Shown: piece after piece, positions 50,676 to 63,520 of the stretch | Position numbering within the stretch: the stretch's first letter is position 1 | Layout of the letters: each line of letters starts with the position of its first letter | NCBI RefSeq assembly: GCF_000150275.1 | Contig: NW_002060952.1 | Coordinates: 146,482 to 210,481 of the forward strand | Origin: Trichoplax adhaerens | Taxonomy: Eukaryota > Animalia > Placozoa | Reading direction: 5' to 3' | Length of the DNA stretch: 64,000 nt | Program-made: the position numbers and the translations under genes | The notes under the pieces: generated by a model | Seen by the model: the letters and a program-made list of their open reading frames with translations, nothing else | The model's database searches: none | Told to the model about the DNA's origin: nothing

Positions 50676-53600
50676 TTACTCTTGTACTACCTGTTAAAAA
50701 TAAAATGATAAAAAATATAAGTTATGGAAGGATTCTTTTCGAATTGCTAGATATTGGAATGGAAACTACTATCGCTGCTAAAGAAGATATGGACTGCAAG
50801 ATGCATCATTTAAACATTAATACCATAAAATATCAGCCACTCAAGAAAGGTATTAGCTACGACTAGTATACGAATACAGATATTGTACAGGCTTATAAAT
50901 ATAAGAATCTTTTTATCATGCGGTGTATCATATTGCCCACTAGATGTAAAAATTTTCAAGGGTAATTACTAATCCATAGCAATACCTTTTCGGCATCAGC
51001 TAATTTTTCCCGCATGGCGTCTCTCACATCTTGGAATTCTTTAACCTCTTTATCCACTGCATTGAAGAATTCTTCGTATCTGTCTTCATATTTATTATCA
51101 TTGACTTCCATTTGTATCTTTCTCTATATATTTCCATTACAAAATTGCAGCAAGTTAAGAATATTATCGAGATAGATAGGATATAAAATCATCGAATTTA
51201 GAAATTATCTCCATACCGAGAATGGCGATTTAATAAGTCGCTCAATAATCGATCTTTCTTCTTTCCTTAATTCAACTACTTGGTTTTTCAACGATTGTAG
51301 TTCATCGATCCTATAAGAATAGTGATTAGTATAGCAAATTGTTTTTTTTTTAACTTAAAGAATGGATAAAAATTGACTTTGCGTATCCTGTTCTGACTTA
51401 CTTAGTACCGCCATCTTCTAATAGAGTCTTTGCTAGACTGAAAATTTCCTTGGAACTGTCTTGTACAGCATTCTTGTCAGCGACAGCCTATCAAGAACCA
51501 TTTAAAATTGGCTATTAATTATCTAATATTTCTATTTAAATTGAATATTATCATGATACGAAAGAAAATACGTTAAGCTAGTTGTAGTGCTTGCATTATT
51601 CCTGACCTTTTCGTAATCAGCCTTGACTTGGTTAAATTCTTCTTCAGAGATGTTGCTAGTTGCTGGTGGTGGTGTTGGTGGTCGCTCATTAGCTCTAGCT
51701 TTTTCCTCCTCTTCTTTGACTTCTATAATTCGTTTAGCTTCTTGTAATTCAACTTGGCTAGCATTCTATTCATGATATAATAGTATAAGTCCTCTTATAC
51801 GTGAACTACTTTAATGACTCTTATTACTTGGCTTCTATCTAAGCTTGGTACCATCTATTTTATTTCAATATTCTATGCACTTCAACTTACAAAGGAATTC
51901 TTGGACGATTCCAATTCTGCTTCTAATGCTTTGATCCTTTCTTCAAGAGAGCCAATGGAGCTATCTTTGCCACCGATTTGTCCTTTTAGTTCTTCAACTT
52001 GCTTCAAAGCCGCAATCTCAGCTTCTGATGGGCCAGCAGGAACAACTTCAACTGCAGCAGCAGTAGTAGCAGCTACTACAGCGACTTCTGGAGTTGGTTC
52101 AGGAGCTTTTACTTCAAGAATTTCTTTCTTGATTTCTTCAATTATAGCATTGCCGTTGGATACTGCAGGTGGTGTCTCAACAACAACATCGCCATTCTTT
52201 AGGTTACCGTTGGGAGCAGTTTCGCCATTTGCCAGTTGTAACACCATTTGTAGCAGGACCTTGAACAAAGATTCCATTCCTTTTGGCATAAACATCTTCT
52301 TCCTGTTGTATCAGTCATATGTCAATAAAAGTTTAGAATGATTTATTACTCATAACTTATCCTTCATAGAACAGAAGCTGTAGTAATCACAGAGATCATT
52401 GTGGAAGGAAAATGATAGCTAAAGAATAGAGCAGCTAGTAAAAATAGCGGTATAACCTCTCGTCGGCATTTTTCAGCAATTTTCAAGGCTTTTCCAATTT
52501 CATCTTGAAGTAATTTCTCATCAACGCGTTTAATTTGATACATATGGTGGTGGACAGCTAAGCTCAGGATCTATGTATCAATCATCAAATTATCATGAAT
52601 TAAAAAAGGAATTCGATAATTCTATAGTTGTTAATAAAATTCTTAATAATTAGCGATATTTTACGGTTTAAGACAGAATAAATCATTGACGATTCATTGG
52701 CTACTATAACCACTGGATAACAATGATGATCATTCTTTACCTCTGGTAGCTGTTTAGGATCCTTTAGCTTGAGAATAACTGGTGGATCTTTTTTGCTCAT
52801 CGATTTCATCACGAGCTAACAAATATAAAGCAAAACAAATTTTAATTCATGCCTTAGCATTAACTCACTCTACTAATTTAAGATATATAATTCTATCATC
52901 CAATATTCGTTGTGTTTCCACTCTTAGTCGTTAACGTTAACACGAGGAACTTTGATACACTCCTACTAGTAAGCTTACTGAAAAGTCTCTTTTATTTAGG
53001 ATTTACTGCATTTAAATAGTATAGCTGTAATGGCGTATTATACCCTTATCTTAGTAATTCATTACCTTATCTTATGCTAACACGTTAGGTGCAGTACAAC
53101 AAGTCACTGTATTCTTACATACATAACAATATTCTGTGTTTGATCGTGAGAACGATAACTTTAACAATTCTAGTCAAGATGGCGCATTGAAATGAATACG
53201 CGCATTTTTCAAATGTTAATAAAATGGTAAACTACAAATCATTTTCGACAGTTTTGATGTATTGGATGATTATCCTGGTACTCTATTCAAAATTGACTCT
53301 ATCACTGAGGCAAGGAGAAATTGATATTAATACAGTTATAAATAACTCATTGGATAATTAAAACTACAGCTGTTCGAATCAGGATGGTGCATTAAAATGA
53401 ATATGCGCAAATTTCAAATGTTGATGAAATAGTAAACTAGAAATCGTTTTCGACTGTTGTTGATATATTGAATGATTATCCTGCACTCTATTCAAAATTG
53501 ATTCTATCGAAGAGGCTTGGAGAAATTGATATTAATGTAATTACAGATAACTTGTTGGATGATTTGATGGATAAATTTAATCTACCTTTCCGTTCTTCTT

Positions 53601-56600
53601 TTTAACGTAGTTAGTCTCGTTCCATTTGAATGTAAGATGGGGTCTACTTTTATTGTCTTGTTTGTAAATGTTGAGTCCATCGAAAGTTATTCCGCAAACC
53701 ACAGGACTGCCGGTCTTATTCTGAAATTGTTGATTCGAGTGTTGATAGTCAAATTAGTATTGGTAAAGAATTGGATGTTCTCTTAGAGTCACGGTTAAAA
53801 TTAGTCTAACTTTAAATCTTTTCCCCTACACTATTATCTCTTGCACATTACATTAATAAATCCAAAATACGAAAGCATTCCTATCTTACCATAGCATCAA
53901 AGTAATAGACACCATAGGTTTCTAATTTTTGAACTACTTTCAAGTATTCTTGCTCAGCTTCAATTCTATAGTAAATAGAGAATTAAAGAGAAAGCTTAGT
54001 CATGAAATAGGATAATACTCCTTCAAGATATATTAGACATAACCAAACAAGACTAACTTTGAAAGTCCTCGATTATCACGCCACCAATTGAAAACTTTGC
54101 TTTCCCATTGCTCCGAGGATAGTTGATGCTTTTGAACGGCCTAAAAGGAAGAGGAGAAAAGATTCAACGTTAAAGACTGAAATCAATTTCGACTTGATTG
54201 AGAAAATCTCTATGATAGAATGTAGTTATTACGAGGGAGTTATCCTATCGTTGTTTCTTTAGTCATTATGAAATATTTTACTTTCGTATTTACAGCTTAA
54301 CGTATCTAGGAAAGAATGTAATTACTACGAGAGAATTTTCCTATCGTTATATATTAAGTCTTTACAGTTTAAAATGAAAAGTGACAACTTATCAATGCAT
54401 CAGGTTGTATCTAAGATCCATTAACGAATAAATGAATCGTTCAAGAATCGCATCGATCTGATCGCCATTATTGCTGCCACACCATCAATTCTAGCTCATA
54501 ATAATAGTAATCTACAACTTACACTACTGGGCATAAATGGTCCTTTGCTTGACAAGAAAAAGGTTTGGTGCTCCTCAGCCTTGAAATCTCCAAACTATAG
54601 TTGTATTCAACAAAATAAGAAAGCAAATTTGATCCAATTAAAGCTAGCCTTAGGCTGTAACAATTATCAACTTTTTCCTTCAATCATTGCTAGACTAATC
54701 CAATATCAGTGAGTTCACTAGTTGTTGAGCATGTTACAGTAGGATTAATTTTCAATTAGTCCGCTAAGTTATATTAAGAGTAGTACGATATGAAAAATAA
54801 AATCTCATCGGCTAATGATTATGGCAGAATTGAACTCCATTCTAATGATTGTCATGATTCTAATATACGAACATTCTATCGCTAAAATGGACTACTATCT
54901 ACTGCAAAGTATCTATGATTGTAGGCCATTGATTGTCATGGCGTTTACTCTCCTCTACACACAAATAAAATAAGTTGTTGATGGACAGAAAATAGAAGAA
55001 ATTACTAACCTCTGCTTGTGCATCAAATCCAGCTAATAAAGCACATACGTCAGCTGGGCAGTCTAATTCACCGCTCATGATTTTAGCTTTGCAAGCCAAG
55101 AAAATAAAATGGCGAGAAGAAGCTTGCAATAGAAATTCTTCAACGGGTGATGGGAAAATTCGAACGGAAAATTTAAAATTGGCCACTTTATCACGCGGAA
55201 TACCTTGATCAGCCAACTAGAAGATCAATTAACATTAATACCATCGTTTTGTGCAACAGTACGCAAAGTAGACAGTAAAATAGAATATTTATCCTACTAT
55301 GATAGAATATGATTGAGAAGATTGATAACAACTTCATGCCGCTGTTTTACTTTCTATTTATCTATCAACGGTTTGAAGAAATACGACTGCTTATGCATCA
55401 TCTCTGTATGATGATTAGTGCAACCTTTCTCGCTGCGACCAATTCGATATTATTGGCTGGCACAATTCTAAATTACTCGTATACTTAAATTATAATATAC
55501 TATCATTTGTCTACAGGCTATTTGGGGAAATATGATCGCGTCTTGCAGCCCTAAATTAGCTTAAGATTAGAATCATGGGCAAGCTATGATTGTGTTGCTA
55601 AAAGAATCATTCCGTAACTAATTAATTATGTATTCATACGCGTAAAACATGATGAATTCTACTGTAGTAATTTAAATATTCCTTGGTAACTGGAAGATGA
55701 ACCTGATTTATGTAATCAAGTAAAGTTGGCGAGGAACTACAGTTCTGTTATAATATTTTTGAGAAGACGCTCTATCACAGATCGCTTTGCATCATCTCTA
55801 CTTGATGATTAGCGGAATCTTTCTCAGCACGATATATTCAATCTAATTTACTAGCAGAACTCTAAAACTACGACAGAATACTATTGGATCAGAAGCTATT
55901 TGAAAAAAATAGAACGCTAGCTGCCTCTGTGTAAAAATTTTCATACTGGATAATTATATCAAGCTTAGCTATCGAAATGAATACTAAATTTCTCTTATTA
56001 GTCCAGTTGTCATTAATACAAGATGCAGCTCAAGTTATCGACTAGAATAACTGTGATTTATCCTATTGGATGCATCCAAAGTATCAACGGATTGGATATC
56101 CAAGCTGTTAATGCACAGGGTCGATCACTTTGACAAAAGTATAACTAGATCTTATCCTAGCAGGAAGTACATTTCAATCAATTAATTCTATTCTAACCTT
56201 GGGTCGCAATCGAACCCATTGATCGGACTTTTGAAAACTTTTAAAAGTTAAGCCAAAGAAAGCGCCTTCACGGATGTCTAATGCTTTTAGAACCAAGTTT
56301 ATCAAGTCCTCTCCTGGTCTCATCCACTATTTCCATCCATGTCAAGAAGGAGTCGATATATTAATATGTATAGAAAAAAAGAGAGACACCATCAGTTTAA
56401 GCCTATTACCATCGTTATAAGTACTTTGTGGTTTATTTTATATTATTAATTTCTATTTTTTTCTAATTATAGATATGAAAAATGGTTTAGCGACTATATT
56501 TCAAGTTATTAATGTGATCCAAAGATGAAGAATGTGAAGGTAAATGGACTGATCAAATAGGTCTTTAATCTACAGTTTATTAATAGGCCGATGCAGCCGT

Positions 56601-59600
56601 CTAATTGAAAGTTGTAAATGACAGGGTTAAATAGGAAGCGTTTAGTGTTTAATAAGATTAAGCAATATAAGTGAAGAGATTATCGTGGATTAAGTCATTA
56701 GAATAATTCTTTGCCAACTTTTTACGACTAATAACGAGCAGTTGGAAGTCCTACACGATGGATGAAAATCGCAAGGAATTTTATTTCATTCTATGCGAAT
56801 AAAACATTGTTAGAGCTTATTTCATCCAGATGAAATCATCTATTGGATGGTTAACTTTGATGAGAATGTCGATTTAAAATCGCTTACGATAAATCACATC
56901 TGTGAATCTTTGCTGACGAAAACTCATCAACGGTAATCTTGGTGTAAAGGTATATAAAACCGAAATCCTCCCCTTCCATCATTAGCTTTCAAGAAATAAG
57001 AGCTTTACCTTTTTATTAATAGGTAATTAGAAGTATTTAAAAAGGAGACTTTCCCCTTCGATGGTTGGCCATTAAGAAATGAGTATTTCAGTCTTTTATA
57101 ATTGGCAATAGAATAGTAATTTGAAAGTGGACAGTTACGGTAGAAAGGGTAGAGGAGAAGAAAAACACAAAATGCAGTTTTATTGGAACTAATTCTTTCC
57201 TTTTATCGCTGGTTATGAAGAAATATGCAAGATTGTTTTAATTTTTTTTAATTGGCTATGGAATAGTTTGCTGAACTGAATAATTACTGTATAACAAGCA
57301 GACGAAGTTTATTAAAACTAATACTTTCCCTTTCATCACTGGCTATCAAGAAATGAGCGATTTAGTAATGGAATGGTAGTCTCTAATAAGCTCAAATTCT
57401 GTATAACGCATAGAGCAGAGGAATAAAATTAAGTATAGAAAGGTAATTCTACTGTTAGCCTTAAAGAAATAACTCTCTCTAGCTTTACTAAATTGGCTAC
57501 GGAATAGTAATTAGCTATGGGCTAAAATTTTGTATAGCTGGTAGAGTAGACGAAAAAACACTAAATCAAATGTAGAAAAAGGAAATCTTTCTCATCTACT
57601 ATTGACCATCAAGAAACAACTATTTTAGCCTTATAAATTGGCAATGGATTGGTAAACCATAATGAGATCATGACGGTACTGTAGAACAAGTTGGGCAAAG
57701 TATAATGCAGGAGATGAAAGAATGTTCTTAAAGCCGCTTGTGATATCCATTTTTAAATCTATTTGCAACGGCGAAAGTCTGTTTTACCAGGAATTATTTA
57801 AATCATAATTGGAAATGGAACAGTGTCAACAGCAACAACAGAAAGCAATAATAATTTCCATAGATCATTGCTATTAAAACTAAAACTTGTTCACTATTAC
57901 TAACCTATATAGCCTAAACTGATAGCAAGAGGAGAGCACAGGCGAAATACTGTAGAGTAAATTTTGAAAAGAGAAAAATTGGTCCTACCATAGAGTCACT
58001 ATTTAATCCTCTCCTGTAATGTTATTTTTATCCCCTCATGGGACTACTCCTAATATCTACATGACATAGCTTGGATTTTTCCGTTATTTCAATTCGAGAC
58101 AATATTCTTATGCCATTTGAAGCATGTCTTTTTCAATTATACGATTGGAAGGATTAGTTATTTCTAGTGTCATCATGGAGCGTTGAAAAGTAACACAATT
58201 ATGATGGAATCTAATTTTCGACATCTTATTACTGCTCTATTTGGGCAACCAATGATGGTAAATTATGCAACAGACCAATCTGAAGAAATTTGTTGTTTAG
58301 AATGTCATCATGTAGCCTTGAAAAATAACACAATTATGAAGGAATCTAATTTTAGATATGTTATTCCTACTATTGGAATAAAAAAATGTCGGGTAAATTA
58401 TGTAAAAGATCAATCGGAAGGATAAGTCGTTTAAAATGCCGTCATGGAGCGTAAAAAAGTACTGCAAACATGAGGTAATGTCATACAAGATCAATCGGAA
58501 AGATAAGTCGTTTAAAATGTCATAATATGATATTGAAAAAGAGTACAAATATGATGGAATCAAATTTTTGGTATGTTATTACTGCTTTATTTGAACAACA
58601 AATGATGGCCAATTATGCAGGCAAGCTTAAACTGGAGAAGTAATTTTGACAGCAATATAATTAGTGATTGAAAGGGATTTGAAGGATTACTTGTGTCTCA
58701 TCATGTAGCAATGGCGATGACTTAGTCATAATAGAATCCATTTCGAACTATGTTGCTGCATTTGAACAAATGATGGCCAATTAGGTAAGTAAAAAGTTAA
58801 CTAAACTGGAAAAAAACATTGTAGATCATAGCGGAAGGCAATTTCAAGGATTAGTTCTTGATAAATATCATCATGTAGCGATCAAATTCACACAATCATG
58901 ATAAAATCCATTTCGAAATATATTGCTATATTTGAAGAAATGATGGCGAATTATGTAAGTTAACTAAGAAATTGAAGCAAGAATTGTAGACAGTAGGGTT
59001 AGTGATTTCACACAATTATGAGTTGATTTTCATCTTTAAAAAAGTAACAAGAAACCTATTATAGCGATAGCGATAACGAGAGAAAATGGTCATGGCTGTT
59101 GTTAAATAGCATTTTGATGGGTAGCGTGGAATGAGAATATAGCGTCGTGGTAAAAGGGCAATATTGACTTTGTTATCATCATGGTCAATGAATTGAAGAA
59201 AAAGAAATGGATTAGCTTCTTATCGATGATAATTATACATGACAGATTCAATCTCAAAAATAAGGTTAAGTATAATTTCAATCTAGTTGGAATAAAATGA
59301 ATTAGCCTACTCAAATAGAATCCTTCATAATCATAGCCATTATATTGTATCATCAGCTAGTGAATATTCAAGTGATGAATGGCTTAATTTAAAAATAAAT
59401 CCTACTTGAAATTGGCTGATGTTAGTTACAGAAAAGAAGTTATTGAGAAAAAAACACTGCTGATCAATATCGAAACAATAAGATTGTTGAAATAAATAAA
59501 AGCTAAGCTATTTCTACACTTTTCCCTTCCTTAATTTAATGGAAGAATTGTCCACTAATTACCTGAAGAGTAAAGCGCAATTCCTTGACAGGAGTATCAA

Positions 59601-59637
59601 TAATGGCTTCGAAGGTATATGTCGCTGTGTCTACCAT
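50676..59637 (-). CDS. NF2: Divergent merlin/ERM-family FERM protein (NF2-type exon structure), with an apparent frameshift in exon 10
   Basis: FERM motifs GEDLINLVLKALDIREGAFFGL, FKFSVRIFP, CPADVCALLAGFDAQAEFGDF, EQWESKVFNWW, AEQEYLKVVQKLETYGVYYF, GITFDGLNIY..FKW, followed by a helical region and RPPTPPP. Exons (minus): 59637-59563, 56326-56198, 55216-55010, 54594-54523, 54140-54058, 53965-53890, 53720-53586, 52815-52741, 52570-52457, 52302-51891, 51765-51607, 51487-51402, 51310-51217, 51123-50986, 50690-50676. Family assignment is secure; NF2 rather than ERM rests on intron positions and neighbourhood. Confidence 0.75.
53150..53570. repeat. Two-copy tandem duplication (about 205 bp) in a FERM-gene intron
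   Basis: GATGG.GCATT.AAATGAATA.GCGCA..TTTCAAATGTT...CTCTATTCAAAATTGA...GGAGAAATTGATATTAAT at 53178 and 53383. Confidence 0.9.
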
Positions 59638-61990
59638 GGTGATTTCGTTTCGATGTTGTAGATAAAAATAAGAAAAACTTGAGGATAATCTTTCCCAATA
59701 GCTTGATCACAATCGATCTTGAATCTAGAAAGGAGAGAATAAGCATCAGATATCCAATTATGCTAAAATGATCGATGGATAATTATTTTGAACAATCATT
59801 GTTATTGGTCTATCAATGTCTAGTGATTTAATTTTATCATATAATTTACAATTGATAAAAAATAGCCATCAAGAATTCAAGAGGAAAGGTTAACAGGAAT
59901 AACTACTATCGTTTGTGTAAGGGAGAGAAGAAATTGCTCTCTTATCATGAATACCTTCAGATAGATTAATTCGTTTGCCGCTACACGTATAGAACTCATT
60001 TTACTAGGTAGGATCAATCCGTTTTCAATGTCAGAAAGAATTACATTGAAGATGACAGATATTATTAAAAAATCGTAAGAATAAAAATTGATTTCTAAGC
60101 TAACAGAATGGGATAAACGACTATCGTTGTAGAAAGGTGAAAAGGTATTACTCTCTTATCATGGTATATCATCGGGTAGATTGGTAGATCAATACATAAA
60201 AAATCAATTTCTAGATAGGGTAGATATTATCCTTATTAAATGGTAAAATAGTTAATTTCTAAACTTACAGAATAATACAAACTACTATCGTTATGCATAG
60301 GGAATAAAGGTATTGCTCTCTGATTATCAATATCATCGGATCGATTCGCAGATCAATACAAAAATGATTCTATTTCCAGATAGTGCAGATATTATCAACG
60401 AAGGAAAAAAATCATTGATTTGTAAACTTACAAAAATGGCTAAGGATAAACTCATTGACAAGGTAGGTTAGAAACGTATTTGCTACAAATACTCTACCAT
60501 CAATCAGCGTGAAAGCTATCACTTTGCAGAAGGGAAAGATAGGATATAATCGTTTTTGCCAACAGTTAAGAAAATACTTTTTCTTTCCATGCTATACCGC
60601 ATTTTGATTCAGAACCAACAAAATGATTCATTTGTAAGCTAAAATGAATAACATCAGCTAGTTTAGAATGATGTAAAAGATTATTTTCACTTGTCATCCA
60701 TACTGTGGACAAGGATCCCAAATGCCAATAGTCATTTTGGAACATTTCATAATCAGTCTACAAATTATTGATCGTACTGATCCTCTTGTTTGGCAATATC
60801 AGCGTGATCGATTTAAATTGAATAAATAGTCTATCCAATAATCGTATTGACTAGATACAATATTGAGAATGGTTTAGAACATAGAGTGGAGGGAAAAATA
60901 CTATTTGATTTACGCTACCATTTCATGGTGACGATAATTATTTTTCAACGTGGGGAGCAACGTTATTTGATTAATTACGGTATACCATTCGACGATGAAA
61001 ACGAAAGATGATTCTTTTTGACTATGTTAGCAATAGTATTTGATTTACTATACAATTTTATTGTCAAGATAAAAATAATTCTTTTTCAAAGTAGCTAAAA
61101 GGATCGATTAAGCCTGGACAAATAAGCTATAAAATATACGCTATTGATCGTATCCACTTTATAAATAGTTTGTTGTTGAATAAAATCGTTCAAAAATCTC
61201 ATTTGATTGACGAGCATACAATATTTTATTCTAAAAATGATTCCTTTTCAATAGTTGGAAACTGCAGGACCGATTCAAATGGAGACAAACAGGCAATTTT
61301 ATTGACTATATTGATTTGGAGAATAGTTTGTTAAGTAAAATGAAGGAAAAAGATTAATTAACTGATGGTAGAATTCCATTGTCGAGATAACATGATTCTT
61401 TTTCGATATCGGTAGCAACGTTATTTGATTTACGGTAGAATATCATCATGAAAATGATTATTTTTCAACAGCTAGAGCGAAAAGGTAGATTAAACCTGGA
61501 CAAACAAGCTGTAAAATAATTGTATAGGTTGCATTAACATTGGCAATGGTTTGTTGTCGGATAAAAATAAGGCACAAAAAATATTATTTCATTGAGTGTA
61601 CAGTAATTTCATTGTCAAAATAAAAGTGGTGCATTCATTCTGTTTTACAAACTGGAGCTAGAAGATCAATTAACCTTAAACAAACTTGAGAAGAGTTTGC
61701 TGTTAAGATAATTAGACGAAAAAATATTATTTGATTGAACTGTATTAGCATTAGGGACGATTCGTTGTTGAGTTAAAATAGCCATATCAATGTTATAGCA
61801 TGGACTGTAGTAATATCGTTTATCACGATGAAGATGATAAATAAATTCTTCTTGTTATTCTTTTACTAGCTCGAGCTAGATGGTCGATTTAACCTCAATA
61901 GACTAGAGAATACTGTCGTTTGTTGTTAAGATCCATGGAAGAAAAATGTTCATAAATTGACTATCTAATTTTATCGTCAAGGTGATTACT
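56950..61990. repeat. Several families of decayed local tandem duplications in the FERM-gene first intron and upstream region
   Basis: Recurrent cores AATTGGC.ATGGAATAGT (57.1-57.8 kb), ATGATGGCCAATTA and TCATCATGTAGC (58.2-59.0 kb), ACTATCGTT..GGTATT.CTCTC (59.9-60.3 kb), TTATTTGATT..CGGTA and GATTAAACCTGGACAAA (60.9-61.9 kb). Confidence 0.65.
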
Positions 61991-62659
61991 TATCAATATC
62001 GCTATCAAGTTCATTGATAGATTAGAATTATTTACTCCTTACGCGTATGTGTGGATATCTCTCTCTCTCGCTTTCTTCAAACCGATGCACTGGAAAGTAA
62101 AATGGTCTACCAAAGCAATCAACGATTTTAAGCAATTCCTACAAGCAACTACTAGCGCTTGAATAAAAAGCAAGTCTGTTGTTGACAGCAAGTTATACTA
62201 CAAGATGCAATCGCTCATTCTGTTGAATAACCATGTGAATAAGTCTTATTTGTTCGAGAATAATATTGTAAAGTCCTTCTCTATTGCACACCCAAAACTG
62301 GTTAACGCCCTTTAAGCTAATGGTGAGTAATCCATTGGCATTGTTCCTCCTCCATTTACCCCAATATGAACGACTATTGTTATCCTACTTGTAATAAATA
62401 ATTCAAAATCATCCTTTGCAATCAACCCTAGGCAAGGCATGCAAGGAGAATTCAATTGTACTGTATTCATCTTTGCCTATCTAACACCATGGCCAATAGC
62501 TAGTCATTATGATGTAGTTAGCACATCGAGACGAGCAAAATAAATACAATTTCGTTTGTACTGGAGAGAATAGCACAATTGTTCTACTGTCGACGAGCGG
62601 TAGAGATTTTGACCTTGATGCAATTTGGGGATTCCCCTTGATTGCATAAGCAACACTAA

Positions 62660-63520
62660 TGGAAATCAATCAATTGATAGGAAATGGTCATAAGCGGGCA
62701 GGTTAATGCATGATGGATGTCAAGGGATGAAATCTTGCCGCTCTAACATTTTTCGACGAAGATAGTCCTCGTTGCGGGACTTGTCATCGATTGAAGAGTG
62801 TCCTCAATCGAATCGAAATAAATCAATCAATCGATAGGAGGCGATCATCAGCGGGTAGGTTAATGCATGATGGATTTCATTTTCGAAGAAGATAGTTCTC
62901 GTTATTACGGGGACTTGCCATCGATTGAAGAGTATCCCCGATCGAAATCAATCAATCGATAGGAGACAATCATCAGCGGGTAGGTTAATGCATGATGGAT
63001 GTCAAGGGATGAAATCTTCCCGCTCTAACATTTTTCGACGAAGATAGTCCTCGTTGCGGGACTTGTCATCGATTGAAGAGTGTCCTCAATCGAATCGAAA
63101 TAAATCAATCAATCGATAGGAGGCGATCATCAGCGGGTAGGTTAATGCATGATGGATTTCATTTTCGAAGAAGATAGTTCTCGTTATTACGGGGACTTGC
63201 CATCGATTGAAGAGTATCCCCGATCGAAATCAATCTATCGATAGGAGACAATCATCAGCGGGTAGGTTAATGCATGATGGATGTCAAGGGATGAAATCTT
63301 GCCGCTCTAACATTTTTCGACGAAGATAGTCCTCGTTACGGGGACTTGTCATCGATTGAAGAGTGTCCTTAATCGATAGGAGACGATCATCAGCGGGTAG
63401 GGTAATGCATGATCGATGTCATCTTTCGACAAGATAGTCCTTGTCGATCAATCTGAAACAACGACTCGTATAAATACTGTACAGTAATGGAAATAAATCA
63501 ATCGATAGGAGACGATCATG
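62660..63520. repeat. Higher-order tandem repeat with alternating 157- and 125-bp monomers (282-bp dimer)
   Basis: GCGGG(T/C)AGG(T/G)TAATGCATGAT starts at 62694, 62851, 62976, 63133, 63258 and 63393 (spacings 157, 125, 157, 125, 135). Confidence 0.95.

Noticed and set aside
51814-52341. 175-aa plus-strand ORF
   Set aside because: Antisense shadow of exon 10 of the minus-strand FERM gene.
53368-53390. GTTCGAATC resembling a tRNA T-loop/B-box
   Set aside because: No cloverleaf or A-box; it lies at the junction of an intronic duplication.
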